Shown here: positions 43,256 to 53,877 of the stretch, in pieces
Layout of the letters: every line of letters starts with the position of its first letter
Position numbering within the stretch: position 1 is the stretch's first letter
From: a virus
Lineage: Duplodnaviria; Caudoviricetes
IMG/VR virus record: IMGVR_UViG_3300037312_001875
Span: 22,051-86,050 of that record
Direction: 5' to 3' (one strand)
Length of the DNA: 64,000 bases
Translations under genes and position numbers: made by a program
Notes under the pieces: generated by a model
Told to the model about the DNA's origin: nothing
Databases searched by the model: none
The model's input: the letters and a program-made list of their open reading frames with translations, nothing else

Positions 43256-43282
43256 TATAATGATACTAGGACTATTTTACTA
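43256..43282 (+). promoter_or_regulatory. -10 TATAAT followed by a TAGGACT operator half-site
   Basis: TATAAT 43256-43261; TAGGACTATTTTACTA 43267-43282. Confidence 0.55.
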
Positions 43283-43310
43283 GATTAGATTAGATAAGGG
43301 GTTGGGGTTT

Positions 43311-43739
43311 GTGAGTTTAGTACGAGACGCGATTCTTTCAGTGGCAAGAGAAGGGGAAATCACCCACAAGTTTACAATTAGAGATTTAAACTTTGTTTTG
43401 AAAGGGTTAAATACGGAAGAAGCCTTCCTAGCGGACTCAATGGTGGATACCGCCTTATTGAAAGAGAAATACGGAGCAACTAATTTAATTACGCTTAACG
43501 ATACGATTCAAAAGTACAGAACAATTGCAATGGTAGTGTTAGCAACCAAGACCATTAACGGGCAGTCGCCAATTGATTACAGCTTACCATTGGAACAACA
43601 GTTCAAACAGCGTATGGAATTAAGAGATGAACTAATGGCATTGGATTCTGCGATGATTGACCAAATCATCCGCGAATATAACCAACTTAATTTAAAGCAA
43701 GTAAAGTTTTATGAAAAAATAGACGAAAACTTGGACTAG
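43311..43739 (+). CDS. Tail assembly chaperone (gpG-like)
   Basis: Between tube and tape measure; GTG 43311 fits the AAGGGG RBS. Confidence 0.65.
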   Translation: MSLVRDAILSVAREGEITHKFTIRDLNFVLKGLNTEEAFLADSMVDTALLKEKYGATNLITLNDTIQKYRTIAMVVLATKTINGQSPIDYSLPLEQQFKQRMELRDELMALDSAMIDQIIREYNQLNLKQVKFYEKIDENLD

Positions 43740-43762
43740 TACTGGACGACCCAATATTCCGA

Positions 43763-44197
43763 ATGAGGGCGAAGGTGGCCAGCCGAGCAGGAGGTCACGT
43801 CTTCGAAGAAAAGTTCCTTCGTTTGGAAGGATTACAGTTAAACATTGCTTACCGACAGGCGTTAAAGGAAGAAAAGGAACAAGCGGATTTAATTGGTGCC
43901 ATCCACAAAAATTGGGCTGATCGAATTGATGATTCTGTGAGGGTTTTAATGATGTTCAGCAACCCTACTCTCTACAAAGCGTGGGAAGATATGAAGGAGC
44001 TGGATAAACATGAAGCGGAGTTGAAGCCGGAGGAGTTCCCAGAAGTGTGGGAAGAACTAATGCAATTCATACCGCAGGAAGTAGTCATAGAAGATATCAA
44101 GGAAGACCCGCTTGCCCATTTACCAGTAAATGCCGCATTAGAAGACTTTCTTACAGGGTTCGTGCCATACAAGAAACAAGTGAAAGAGGGTGACTGA
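43763..44197 (+). CDS. Tail assembly chaperone, second ORF (gpT-like; possibly a -1 frameshift fusion)
   Basis: In the -1 frame, open from 43715; no clear RBS before ATG 43763. Confidence 0.6.
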   Translation: MRAKVASRAGGHVFEEKFLRLEGLQLNIAYRQALKEEKEQADLIGAIHKNWADRIDDSVRVLMMFSNPTLYKAWEDMKELDKHEAELKPEEFPEVWEELMQFIPQEVVIEDIKEDPLAHLPVNAALEDFLTGFVPYKKQVKEGD

Positions 44198-44198
44198 G

Positions 44199-47189
44199 AT
44201 GGAAATGAATGACCAAATATTGAACCATATAATGAATGTTCAAACTCAATTGTTACAACAGATGATTAAAATGGAACAGGATCGGAATAGTACAATCTCC
44301 CAACCTGCCACCACAATCTCGCCAGATACGGGTTCTTTCGGTACTCCATTGCCTAGTTCGATTGCCAGCCCAGTCACACCACCGCCTGTACAACATATGT
44401 CACAGCCCGGAACGCCTTTTATGTCAGTCAATGATCCAACTCGATATGGGACATACGCTGCGCCCAATCAGGGTTACTGGAGTCGTCAGAATCAAGCGGC
44501 ACAATCAGGGTTTAGGAATTTTATCGGTGGAACGATTGATGAAATGAAAAATTTTGATCCCATGGGCCAATCCAGAGAAGCGACAGAACAATATTTTGCT
44601 CGACAATCAAGAGGGATGCAGGAACAAACCGTCAATATACTCGGAGGAGCCATCCACGGAGCTGCCTCCGTAGGAAGTTTTTTCGTTCCAGGAGGATTGG
44701 CCGCTTCACTAGCTGTTGGTGGGGCTGTTGCTGGGGGAGTCGGTTTAGCGACGAATGCCATGGTGAACGGGGCAAAAACGTCACTTGATTATCAAGAACT
44801 CTTGCAGAACAACAGTTATAAATTTATCAATGCGTTTGAGTCTACCTCCGATTTGGGCGGCACTGGGTTCGGCTTAAACGATAGACAAGAAATATCAGGG
44901 TTTTTGAGAGATTTATCAACGGATAAGTATCTTGATGACAATGAGATGATGAAAATCTTGGATGGGGCCGCAAGTAATAATTTGCTAAAGTCTGTCTCTG
45001 ATGTAAAGAGTTTTAAAAAGAAGTTTACGGAAATCGTAGATACGGTCAAAGCGATTGCAGTTACCATGAACGAGAGCGTGGAGGAAGCCACGAAGTTTAT
45101 GGGTGAGATGGAAAGGATGGGCATTTCCAACAAGGATATGAGTTATCTTGCCTCTCAATCCAAGGTTACAAGTTCCTTTATGGGAATCAGTTCTAATGAA
45201 GGGGCACAAATGATGCTTAATACCACGAACCAAGTGGTACAGGGAACAGCGTTAAATTCAAAAAATATTGCAGAAAGTACAAATGAAACTGGTTTTATTA
45301 TCAGCCGAATAGCGGAAGGTCCTTTACGGCAATACATCAAAAATAATGGCGGGGAAGGCAATGTGACTTCTCAAGTCGAACAGCTCACGAGAAATTACGT
45401 GACACAGGGGGCAGGGCTAACATCTTTACTCGGATACTTCGGTTCTGGTTTTCAATACAACGAGAAAACCAGAGAATTCGAAGTCAATGAAAAAGAAATG
45501 AATCGTCTGTTGAACGGTAACATGTCAAGATCACAAATGCAACAAGCAAGCGATTCATATATGAATTCGTTATCGGATGACGAAAGGTACCGATTGCTCC
45601 AATCAGCTTCAACTGTGTTCAATAATTATGCGGACACTGAAACGATGGCACGGTTTATGCAACGAAATGTACAGATGCTGCAACAAGAGACGCCGATGGA
45701 TGAACAAACTGCTTTAACGAATCTAGGTATGGCACAAGATTTGGAACAAGCTAAATTGTTGGAAGAATATATCAACAATGCCACTGATCCAAACATATTG
45801 AAAGCCTATAAATCACAAGCATTGAAGAATGAGCAGGATTCCAAAGTGATTAGCGAAAGCCCGGGGTTCTCGAAGAGACTGAAATTTTGGTGGCAAAGGG
45901 TTTTTGAGAATCCATTAGGGGATAAAGGGCAGGCAGTTTCGGACTTCACTGGAGACTTGATGCAAGATTACCAAAAAATCCTGACAGGCATTGACGATAC
46001 AAGTACGCTTGGCGGTGACGCTTCGCTAGAAAAGTTTGACCAAAAAGGATTAGAGAAAGTCCTTAAAAATAGCAAAGATTTAATGGATTACGGTATTACA
46101 AAACCGGGAGAGGCAGACTTGATTAATCAGGATTTGGATGAATCTACATTTAGTTCTTTGATGAGCCAAGTTCAGAAAGGAAAGATAAGTGCCTCTGATT
46201 TAGACAAGGCTCTGAAGAACAATAAAGGCTGGATGTCTAAGTGGAGAGCAAGCATGCTGAAATCGGAAGCGAAGGGTACCTACGATGACATGGGGTTACT
46301 CGGGGATATCAGTTATGGCATACAAAGAGGTATTTTATGGGCGTCAGATAAAATAGTAGGCAATCAAGATGATTTTATGGAAGGTGTGGAGGATACAGCC
46401 AAAAGCACTTTCGACGATTTTAAAGATCAGGAAAAAGGTTTGAATCAGCAGCTCAATAGGTTAGTCCTAGATGGAGGTTTGGACCCGGATAAAGTAGACC
46501 AAATCGAGAAAGCCATCAAAAAAGGGGACATGGATAAGGTTCGCTCCTATACGAATAATCGGGAAGCCATTAATTTGGCGGACAAGTTTAACTCGTTAGG
46601 AGAGAAAGAAAATCAATTCGAAAGATTGACACGCTATACCACATCGATGACGCAAGCAGGGAGCCAGTTAGCCGGAGTCTTTCAGGCGAGTGGGGCGTTT
46701 GATGAAGAGGAAATCGATAGCATGTTTGGAAGTCTAAGGAGACGTTCCAAAAAAATAAGAGATAAAATCAAAGAAGGCGATATGTCTGCATCAGGCATGG
46801 CTCAATTTGACTCCGATACGATGGCTAAGTTTGACAAGATGTTTGATAACTTGCCTGATTCGGATTTAAGGAAATTAGCCCATTACCTGAATGAAAAATA
46901 CGACGCTGGTTTAAATGAGAAAAATGTAAATGCAGATAAACTGCAAGAATTCCTCTTAAATACCGTTGTCCGAGACCAACACATCACAGAACCTAACAAG
47001 GGTTCCGGTAAAGCGGAAAGTAAAACAGATGAGGTCGCAAGCGCCGCCACCAAAGCGGCTGAAGAACATCAACAGGCGTTTTATTCGTTCTTAAATACTT
47101 ATAAACAAGAAACTCAAATGATGAAGGATGCTGTTGAGGGAAGGCCAATTAGAAATACAAAAAGCTCAAGTCTAAGCTATACCGGTTAA
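44199..47189 (+). CDS. Tape measure protein
   Basis: About 996 aa, mostly helical, Gly/Ala-rich hydrophobic segment near the N-terminus; follows the chaperones. Confidence 0.8.
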   Translation: MEMNDQILNHIMNVQTQLLQQMIKMEQDRNSTISQPATTISPDTGSFGTPLPSSIASPVTPPPVQHMSQPGTPFMSVNDPTRYGTYAAPNQGYWSRQNQAAQSGFRNFIGGTIDEMKNFDPMGQSREATEQYFARQSRGMQEQTVNILGGAIHGAASVGSFFVPGGLAASLAVGGAVAGGVGLATNAMVNGAKTSLDYQELLQNNSYKFINAFESTSDLGGTGFGLNDRQEISGFLRDLSTDKYLDDNEMMKILDGAASNNLLKSVSDVKSFKKKFTEIVDTVKAIAVTMNESVEEATKFMGEMERMGISNKDMSYLASQSKVTSSFMGISSNEGAQMMLNTTNQVVQGTALNSKNIAESTNETGFIISRIAEGPLRQYIKNNGGEGNVTSQVEQLTRNYVTQGAGLTSLLGYFGSGFQYNEKTREFEVNEKEMNRLLNGNMSRSQMQQASDSYMNSLSDDERYRLLQSASTVFNNYADTETMARFMQRNVQMLQQETPMDEQTALTNLGMAQDLEQAKLLEEYINNATDPNILKAYKSQALKNEQDSKVISESPGFSKRLKFWWQRVFENPLGDKGQAVSDFTGDLMQDYQKILTGIDDTSTLGGDASLEKFDQKGLEKVLKNSKDLMDYGITKPGEADLINQDLDESTFSSLMSQVQKGKISASDLDKALKNNKGWMSKWRASMLKSEAKGTYDDMGLLGDISYGIQRGILWASDKIVGNQDDFMEGVEDTAKSTFDDFKDQEKGLNQQLNRLVLDGGLDPDKVDQIEKAIKKGDMDKVRSYTNNREAINLADKFNSLGEKENQFERLTRYTTSMTQAGSQLAGVFQASGAFDEEEIDSMFGSLRRRSKKIRDKIKEGDMSASGMAQFDSDTMAKFDKMFDNLPDSDLRKLAHYLNEKYDAGLNEKNVNADKLQEFLLNTVVRDQHITEPNKGSGKAESKTDEVASAATKAAEEHQQAFYSFLNTYKQETQMMKDAVEGRPIRNTKSSSLSYTG

Positions 47190-47200
47190 CCGGTTCGAGT

Positions 47201-47232
47201 ATAGGAACGAGATCATACTCGTTCCTATTTTT
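47201..47232 (+). terminator. Rho-independent terminator
   Basis: ATAGGAACGAG / CTCGTTCCTAT plus T run. Confidence 0.8.
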
Positions 47233-47257
47233 CTAGAGAAAACAGGGGGTGACACAG

Positions 47258-47554
47258 ATGGCATTAGCGGATCGCAAGTCTTATCAGAAAATGAAACTTA
47301 ACGAATTAAATACTTATGATGTCGAAAGGACATTACGGGAGAATATTTATCAGCTGGAACAAGAAGATATTCGAATTCAAAAGTTGGTGGAATCGATGGT
47401 AGAAGAAGACATACCGATATCCATTATCTTGGATTGGATTCGGCAAATCGAAGATAACGCCGGAGAAATTGCCTATCTCAACTCCGTCCTGCAATTGAAT
47501 GTGGGGAGCTATGACTTTACCAGCAACCCAATTTTTAAGAGAGGAGCGAAATAA
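47258..47554 (+). CDS. Hypothetical tail/baseplate protein
   Basis: AGGGGGTG RBS before ATG 47258. Confidence 0.6.
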   Translation: MALADRKSYQKMKLNELNTYDVERTLRENIYQLEQEDIRIQKLVESMVEEDIPISIILDWIRQIEDNAGEIAYLNSVLQLNVGSYDFTSNPIFKRGAK

Positions 47555-47556
47555 TC

Positions 47557-48810
47557 ATGATTATATATGAAGTGAATCCGGGCGACTTGCTCGGGGTATT
47601 GGCGGTGAAATTCAAAACCACGATTCAAATCCTAATGAATGATAATCCGATTATACCTCCTGACCAATCTCTAAAAACAGGATGGAAGTTGACCATTTAT
47701 GAGCCTTTAGAGAATGCGCAGCGGTTTGCTGATGCCGCGTATAAACAAGTAGAGGATGCTCATGCATTAAGAACATCCATCGAAACCAACGAATACTTGC
47801 TTGGCACGGATTACACTCCGGTCACTTATAAAAACAGAACGGTAAGTCAAGGGCAAATCGGATATTTAAAAACGCTTAAAGAAACCCCGCTTTTAGAATT
47901 GCAAGCCAATGGATATGTCAAAACAATTCGACAGGTTGGGGAAGGTGAATTGTTAAAAGTGTATGGTGTAGCCATACAAAATGAGGATTCCATGTTTGTT
48001 GTAGATGCCTATCGATGGGTAACTAGTGACCCGGAAGTGGTTATATACGAAGAAATCCCCAAAGCGATATTGGAAGGAAAATATCGTTTAGCGAACTATA
48101 CAACTGCTTATTCTGCAGACAATGGGAAAATGTCTGCTTTGAATAGTAGCGATAAATTAACCGCTGCCCAAAGCAATCTATTAACACCTCAAACTTGGAT
48201 TGGTTCAGGAACACCGGTACCGCAAGAGGCACGAAAAACAGCGGTTAGCTCTTTTCCAACTTTTAAACATCCGGGATACAAACGTCCTGTCATGCAATTG
48301 AAGAATGCAAAGGGAGAAACAACAAACATCGAATTACGGGTATTAGGGTTCAATGCCAGCTATCAAAATAACGTACAGGCGAATATGACAAACGCAGGAT
48401 GGATGATTAATGTTCGTGCCTCCAATTTATCCACTTTAACCATAAGTGGAATCTTATTGGAGACGAAGGGTACCAACGAATTCGATAGTTTCATGGATAG
48501 GTATTACAAATATCTGACTGCCACGAAAACAGATGATTATTATTCAATGGGAATCTCTACTTTATTTTATAAACAAACGCAATACCAAGGAGTCGTGGTT
48601 GGGTTTTCCTATTCTGACCAAGAGGTGGATACCTTTCATCGAAAATATACGATGCAGATGCTCGTATTGAAGGAAAAACGATTAAGTAGTTCGGAAATAA
48701 GCGCCATTAAAACCGTTGTTTCCAGAAGAAACTTATCAGAAGCTGAATTTAGAAGCGACTTAGGGGCTATGCTGGCGAACAGCATCACAGGAACCTACTA
48801 TGATATTTAA
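47557..48810 (+). CDS. LysM-containing tail tube initiator/baseplate protein
   Basis: N-terminal YEVNPGDLLGVLAVKFKTTIQILMNDNP LysM-like domain; tube-like C-terminal domain. Confidence 0.65.
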   Translation: MIIYEVNPGDLLGVLAVKFKTTIQILMNDNPIIPPDQSLKTGWKLTIYEPLENAQRFADAAYKQVEDAHALRTSIETNEYLLGTDYTPVTYKNRTVSQGQIGYLKTLKETPLLELQANGYVKTIRQVGEGELLKVYGVAIQNEDSMFVVDAYRWVTSDPEVVIYEEIPKAILEGKYRLANYTTAYSADNGKMSALNSSDKLTAAQSNLLTPQTWIGSGTPVPQEARKTAVSSFPTFKHPGYKRPVMQLKNAKGETTNIELRVLGFNASYQNNVQANMTNAGWMINVRASNLSTLTISGILLETKGTNEFDSFMDRYYKYLTATKTDDYYSMGISTLFYKQTQYQGVVVGFSYSDQEVDTFHRKYTMQMLVLKEKRLSSSEISAIKTVVSRRNLSEAEFRSDLGAMLANSITGTYYDI

Positions 48811-48824
48811 TGAGGTGCACGTTT

Positions 48825-51800
48825 ATGAAGATATTACAATCGAGCGATTATCGTATTTATATAGATGATGTAAGAGTAGATCCCTATGTTAAGACTTGGA
48901 CGGCAGCCTGTGGGTTGCGGGCAAGTGATGCTTCAGCGACGATTACCCTATACCGGACGAAAAAACTGGAGCAATGGAAAGGGTATCTAGCCCAAGTTCG
49001 TATTTTTACGAGAAATGTATTCTCAGGTAAATTCGGTATTGTTTTTGAAGGGGAAATCGTAAATCGAAATTGGGGAGACCAACGTTATGACGTGGGAGAA
49101 ATTGTCTTCACATGCAAAGGGTTTTACCACTGGCTAGACATTCCCATCCCCCTACTAATTGGGGAAGATGATACTTATAGCTTTGTTAAGAGGTTCCAGT
49201 TTGAAGCCCAAAACATGGATGTTGAAGGGATAAGAAAATTTTGGTTAAGCCGCGAAGATCAGTTGATGAAGGATTTAACGTTGGAACAAATCATCTCACA
49301 ACTATTTGAATTGATTAATTCAGGTTATTACAACTACGATGATTCCACTTTTTCTTGGACGAAGCTTGGAGACCGATTCAAGGTAATGGGGGATATCATT
49401 ACGGAGTTCCGATCAGCCGGATATTTAGATGCATTTACATGGACACGTTCCACTCAAATTGATTCATTTTATGTGTATCTGAATGAGATTTTGACACAAA
49501 TGATGTTTGAGTTTTATCAAGATAGAGATGGAGCCATTCGTATCAAGAACCCTTCGTGGAAGGACAACATCTTGAAAGCGCATATTATCGATGAATCGGT
49601 GATTCAAAATGTTTCTGGATTTAACGACTGGTCAAACGAACCGACACGGGTACTTGTAATCGGCGGTGAGTCAGATGTTACAAAATACTCATCTAAGCAG
49701 GTAGGGTCAGATGGGATTCTAACGATACCAATGGGCTTATATATTGGTAAGCCAGGCGAGGGAGAGTATTTTTCTCAAAACGTTGAATTGCTGCTAAAAG
49801 CAACGGGTGACGACACGGATTATTCTGATCCTGCTCCAAGTTCTGACGGTACGGTTCAGCTTTCATGGAAAGCAGATCCAAAAAAAGCGAGTGCAGTAGG
49901 CAGAGGAGCTGGTTATGGTGGAATGATGTACTACGTGGAGGCTGCCTACAATGACGTAAAGGATCGTTTTGGGAAAACCAATTTCATGGGTGGTTATGCC
50001 AATAGAAACGTAGTAGGTGGGAGTTCAAAGTCCATGCATGCATTTGGACGAGCCTTTGATATCGGTTCGACATCAGCAATAATGAGTAAAATTGCGGAGT
50101 ATGCGAAAGGATTCCCTAACGTCCAATATGTGATTTACAACAGAAGGATATGCGGTCCAGGTGGTGGGGAATGGAGAACATACAACGGGGCGAATCCTCA
50201 CACTGATCATGTTCACGTCGATTTCTTGCCTGTGGATGGACCAAGCAGTAAAACGTCGACTGGTGGCGGCAAGGAAGATTCCGGAACATCTGGTACAGGA
50301 AATCTAGCTAACTATATGAACCAAGATTTATTGAAACCAGCAAAGATTCCTTCGGCGGAAACGATTAATAAAATTATTAAACATGGTGTAGATTTACGCG
50401 GAGGAAAATCCAAGTTACTTAACCAAGGAGCGGCTTTTGTCCAAGCGGCGAATGAGTCGGGAATGAATCCGTTGTTTATGTTGGCTTTGGCAGGATGGGA
50501 ATCAGGATGGGGAACAAACACCATTTCGAAGACTAAAAATAACTTTTTTAGTATTGGAGCTATTGATTCGAACCCGACCGGAGGAGCTTACAGATATGAC
50601 ACACCTGCAAGCGCGATTGTATCGGCTGCTAAATGGATACGTAAAAACTGGTACGACAGGGGACAAACAACGATTTGGAAGATGAATCACAGCAAAAGCG
50701 GAACACACAATTGGGCGAGTGATAACAATTGGGTGAATGGAGTAGCTGGGGTATGGAAGGGATTTGGCAATGTTGCAAATGATGGAACGAGTATATCAAC
50801 GACATCTCCAACGTCAAGTACAACCTCGACTTCAACGAGCCCAAATGCGGCTGTAGGGGGTGTTAGCATTACCACTCGGTATGCTCCAACTACGCCAACT
50901 GCATTGCGGCCATCACAGGTAACCCCGAAGGCCATTCCAGTTGATTATCATTCATTTAATGTGGATATCGTGAAGTACCCCATTCCAACGGTGGCAAATA
51001 CGTATAGAACCAGTATTACAGGTCGAACAAACGGCGTGAATGGAAACTTGATTTGTTTCATTATTGAAACCGCTTCGTCATGGAGGGAAAAGTATAAGTC
51101 TAATAAGCATTATGGACTGATGGGAATCCCGAAGAACTACATTGATTTAGTATTGGGAGGTAAAACTTCAAAAATGTATGTCCCTGAAGATAATATCTTC
51201 CACGGTACGAAACAATTTCAGAATGGATATGTTCGCTATAGCAACAAGGTAACATTTGGATTAGCTTCTCTTTATTTGGGAGACATATCCTTACTTGAAG
51301 GGCCAATAAAGAGTGCGGGAGTAGAAGACTTTTCAAAGGTACGAAACTATCTGGGCGCAGATGTTGTGAAATTTGTAGATACGGTGATTAATAACTTCTG
51401 TAAATTTTTTGGAGGAACTTATATTAAAGGGGATCCGCATTTTACCATAGCTCCAGACAAACCGGGTGGAAGCAATGCGGATGATCCGGTACCAGGAGAA
51501 TATGAATCTAGCTATAAACCCATCATGAGTGATGAAGAACGGTTATACAAAGTCAATCTAAAGATATCCGAGCAATTGCTCATACGATACGACAGCGCAG
51601 CTATGCCAGCCAACGCTATGGGGGCAGATGAATTAGTCCAACGCTATGCTAAATACATGATGCAATTGTACCGTGCAGAGTCACATGGTGTGGCTGTTTC
51701 TTTGTCCACTTGTATGCCGTTCATCCGACCTGGCTGGAATGCGTGGTTAGAACCGACACGAAGGAATGTCGTGTTTTATGTAACGGGTGTGACTCACCAA

Positions 51801-52241
51801 GGTTCTTATGGAACCGGCGCATTCAGTACGGTCACCGGGGGATTTGTCAGAGACCCGGGAACTTATGATGACATTGAAGATAATATTTTTGTTGGACAAA
51901 CCAAAGTAACGGCTGCGGACTTCGGGGAAGTGATTAAAAAGAGTGAAATGAATGATTTAAAGAAACAACTGAGTGCCCTCCATAATCAATCCGACGAGGT
52001 AATAGGAGATGCGAGAAAAATCCCTACACTTAGTAAAATGTACAGTTCGGCAGTCGGCAGTGTAACAGACTTTACTACCATGTGGAATAACGAATTTACG
52101 TCGAGCGAGATTGATACGAAGATCAAAACTTTGTATAAATCAGCTCCAAATGTAGTAAAGACCAGAAGTAGTACTTTCAAAAGCATCATCGACGATGCCG
52201 CTGCTTTTTACAAAAAAGTGTTGTTAAGCACTACGTACTAG
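48825..52241 (+). CDS. Baseplate hub with inserted peptidoglycan hydrolase domains
   Basis: Split hub N/C regions flank an M15-like peptidase (SMHAFGRAFDI..HTDHVHV), a GH73 glucosaminidase (LAGWESGWG..NNFFSIGA) and an SLT-like domain (GLMGI..PEDNI). Confidence 0.75.
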   Translation: MKILQSSDYRIYIDDVRVDPYVKTWTAACGLRASDASATITLYRTKKLEQWKGYLAQVRIFTRNVFSGKFGIVFEGEIVNRNWGDQRYDVGEIVFTCKGFYHWLDIPIPLLIGEDDTYSFVKRFQFEAQNMDVEGIRKFWLSREDQLMKDLTLEQIISQLFELINSGYYNYDDSTFSWTKLGDRFKVMGDIITEFRSAGYLDAFTWTRSTQIDSFYVYLNEILTQMMFEFYQDRDGAIRIKNPSWKDNILKAHIIDESVIQNVSGFNDWSNEPTRVLVIGGESDVTKYSSKQVGSDGILTIPMGLYIGKPGEGEYFSQNVELLLKATGDDTDYSDPAPSSDGTVQLSWKADPKKASAVGRGAGYGGMMYYVEAAYNDVKDRFGKTNFMGGYANRNVVGGSSKSMHAFGRAFDIGSTSAIMSKIAEYAKGFPNVQYVIYNRRICGPGGGEWRTYNGANPHTDHVHVDFLPVDGPSSKTSTGGGKEDSGTSGTGNLANYMNQDLLKPAKIPSAETINKIIKHGVDLRGGKSKLLNQGAAFVQAANESGMNPLFMLALAGWESGWGTNTISKTKNNFFSIGAIDSNPTGGAYRYDTPASAIVSAAKWIRKNWYDRGQTTIWKMNHSKSGTHNWASDNNWVNGVAGVWKGFGNVANDGTSISTTSPTSSTTSTSTSPNAAVGGVSITTRYAPTTPTALRPSQVTPKAIPVDYHSFNVDIVKYPIPTVANTYRTSITGRTNGVNGNLICFIIETASSWREKYKSNKHYGLMGIPKNYIDLVLGGKTSKMYVPEDNIFHGTKQFQNGYVRYSNKVTFGLASLYLGDISLLEGPIKSAGVEDFSKVRNYLGADVVKFVDTVINNFCKFFGGTYIKGDPHFTIAPDKPGGSNADDPVPGEYESSYKPIMSDEERLYKVNLKISEQLLIRYDSAAMPANAMGADELVQRYAKYMMQLYRAESHGVAVSLSTCMPFIRPGWNAWLEPTRRNVVFYVTGVTHQGSYGTGAFSTVTGGFVRDPGTYDDIEDNIFVGQTKVTAADFGEVIKKSEMNDLKKQLSALHNQSDEVIGDARKIPTLSKMYSSAVGSVTDFTTMWNNEFTSSEIDTKIKTLYKSAPNVVKTRSSTFKSIIDDAAAFYKKVLLSTTY

Positions 52242-52257
52242 AAAGGTTTGATGTCGC

Positions 52258-53319
52258 ATGAAAAATTCCTATTATTCTTCAACTATCCAACAATTCCATG
52301 CGGGTAAAGATTCGGTCATGGAGATGGCGAAAATCTTAGATTTCAATTCTGAGCGATTGGTCGCACGCGTGTATACGTTGAATTCGAAGCAATACAAAGA
52401 TGATGTCCCGGTCTTTTTCCCGAGTATGTATATGAATACGGGCATCATCACACCGCCGGTTATCAACTCGACTTCCCTTTTATTCTGGGGGCCCGACCGA
52501 CAGCCTTTTTTGTTGCCCATTCAATTGACTGTACCTAATTCCTATGTGGAAGAAGGAATAACAAGGCTTTCGGCGTCTCCTAGTTTTATCGATAAACTAT
52601 TAAGTTTGAAAAATGTACAAGGTGGAGAAGTACTGTTTCGGTCATTGGGAAATTCTTATTTATTTTTAAAAAACTTAGGGGATGTGGAGTTTGGTACTTC
52701 TAGGCTCCACCGCATCAACCTTACATCAGCGGATGGGGCGTTCCATTCAACAACTGATAGAATACGTGCGGAAATCCCTAACAGCAGTTTCTATTTTGGT
52801 CCAGCATCCACCGATAGTTACGAAGACCTTCGTACTCATTTTCATTTAGAAATTGGAGAGACATCCAACAATTCTAGTGAACTATCAGAAACAGATAATG
52901 AAAAATTATTGGATCAACTCATGAATGACCAGTTGGATAACATAGAACTCGGTGAGCCTTCGCCGAAAATTGTGGATATACAGATGGGGCATGTGTTTGA
53001 CGAGACGGGTAGTACGGTACAGGATGAGGTGGACGGAACTGAATTATTTTCTAAGCAAACAATGAAAAAGGATTCCGTGGAAACCATTGAACAACTGTCC
53101 AAGGGTGGCAGGAAATTGTTCAAAACAACAGATGGAACGAGAACCACTACTGTAGACCTGTCTCCAAATGAAGCATCTCTTAGTGTGGAACGAATTGTTA
53201 ATGGGACGACACATTCCTCTAAAGTTGGAATTGATAAGGATGGAAATATTGTTTGCAGTAAAGATGGAGTCACGTATGATCTCTGGCAAGTCTTAAATTG
53301 GTTTTATGAGGAAAGGTAG
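52258..53319 (+). CDS. Baseplate spike / gpV-like protein
   Basis: N-terminal OB-like segment and beta-rich C-terminus; follows the hub. Confidence 0.55.
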   Translation: MKNSYYSSTIQQFHAGKDSVMEMAKILDFNSERLVARVYTLNSKQYKDDVPVFFPSMYMNTGIITPPVINSTSLLFWGPDRQPFLLPIQLTVPNSYVEEGITRLSASPSFIDKLLSLKNVQGGEVLFRSLGNSYLFLKNLGDVEFGTSRLHRINLTSADGAFHSTTDRIRAEIPNSSFYFGPASTDSYEDLRTHFHLEIGETSNNSSELSETDNEKLLDQLMNDQLDNIELGEPSPKIVDIQMGHVFDETGSTVQDEVDGTELFSKQTMKKDSVETIEQLSKGGRKLFKTTDGTRTTTVDLSPNEASLSVERIVNGTTHSSKVGIDKDGNIVCSKDGVTYDLWQVLNWFYEER

Positions 53320-53325
53320 GTGTGA

Positions 53326-53877
53326 ATGTTGGTTATCGATTTAAATCTATTTACACAGACCATTGCGGTGTTGAAAGAGAATAGTATTGACGATATCAAA
53401 GCTTCACTCGTATCCCTTGATATGCAGGAGCAAATAGCTCAGGATAAATACGATCAAGCGCTAAAGGAATTGAGAAGGCTGCTGATTCTGTTTAAAAAAT
53501 ACGAAAGCCAAATCAATACTCAGAAACAGATTGTCACGGACGAAAAAATACAACCATTGGTTCCGCTCATCAAACAACAGCAAGAAGCTGCGGTTTTTAC
53601 CAGTGTTAGAACGGCAACTGTCACGGAAGTAATAAACGCAAAAAAAGAATTAGACAGCATGGATGCTTCTGTAGAGGAAATGAAATTACGATTATTTTTC
53701 CAAGCAAGAGAAGCGAAACTCGCTTCCAATAACTTAGCAAAGATAGAATCTCAATGTTTCATCTTGGAAACTGCGATCGACATTGTGGAGCGATTTAATA
53801 TAAACGGGTTTAGTATGCAAGAAATATCAGACTATGAAATTCCAAAATACTTTGAACTGTATCGAAAAGGCGGGTGA
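53326..53877 (+). CDS. Hypothetical coiled-coil baseplate-region protein
   Basis: 183 aa, helical, in operon. Confidence 0.55.
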   Translation: MLVIDLNLFTQTIAVLKENSIDDIKASLVSLDMQEQIAQDKYDQALKELRRLLILFKKYESQINTQKQIVTDEKIQPLVPLIKQQQEAAVFTSVRTATVTEVINAKKELDSMDASVEEMKLRLFFQAREAKLASNNLAKIESQCFILETAIDIVERFNINGFSMQEISDYEIPKYFELYRKGG

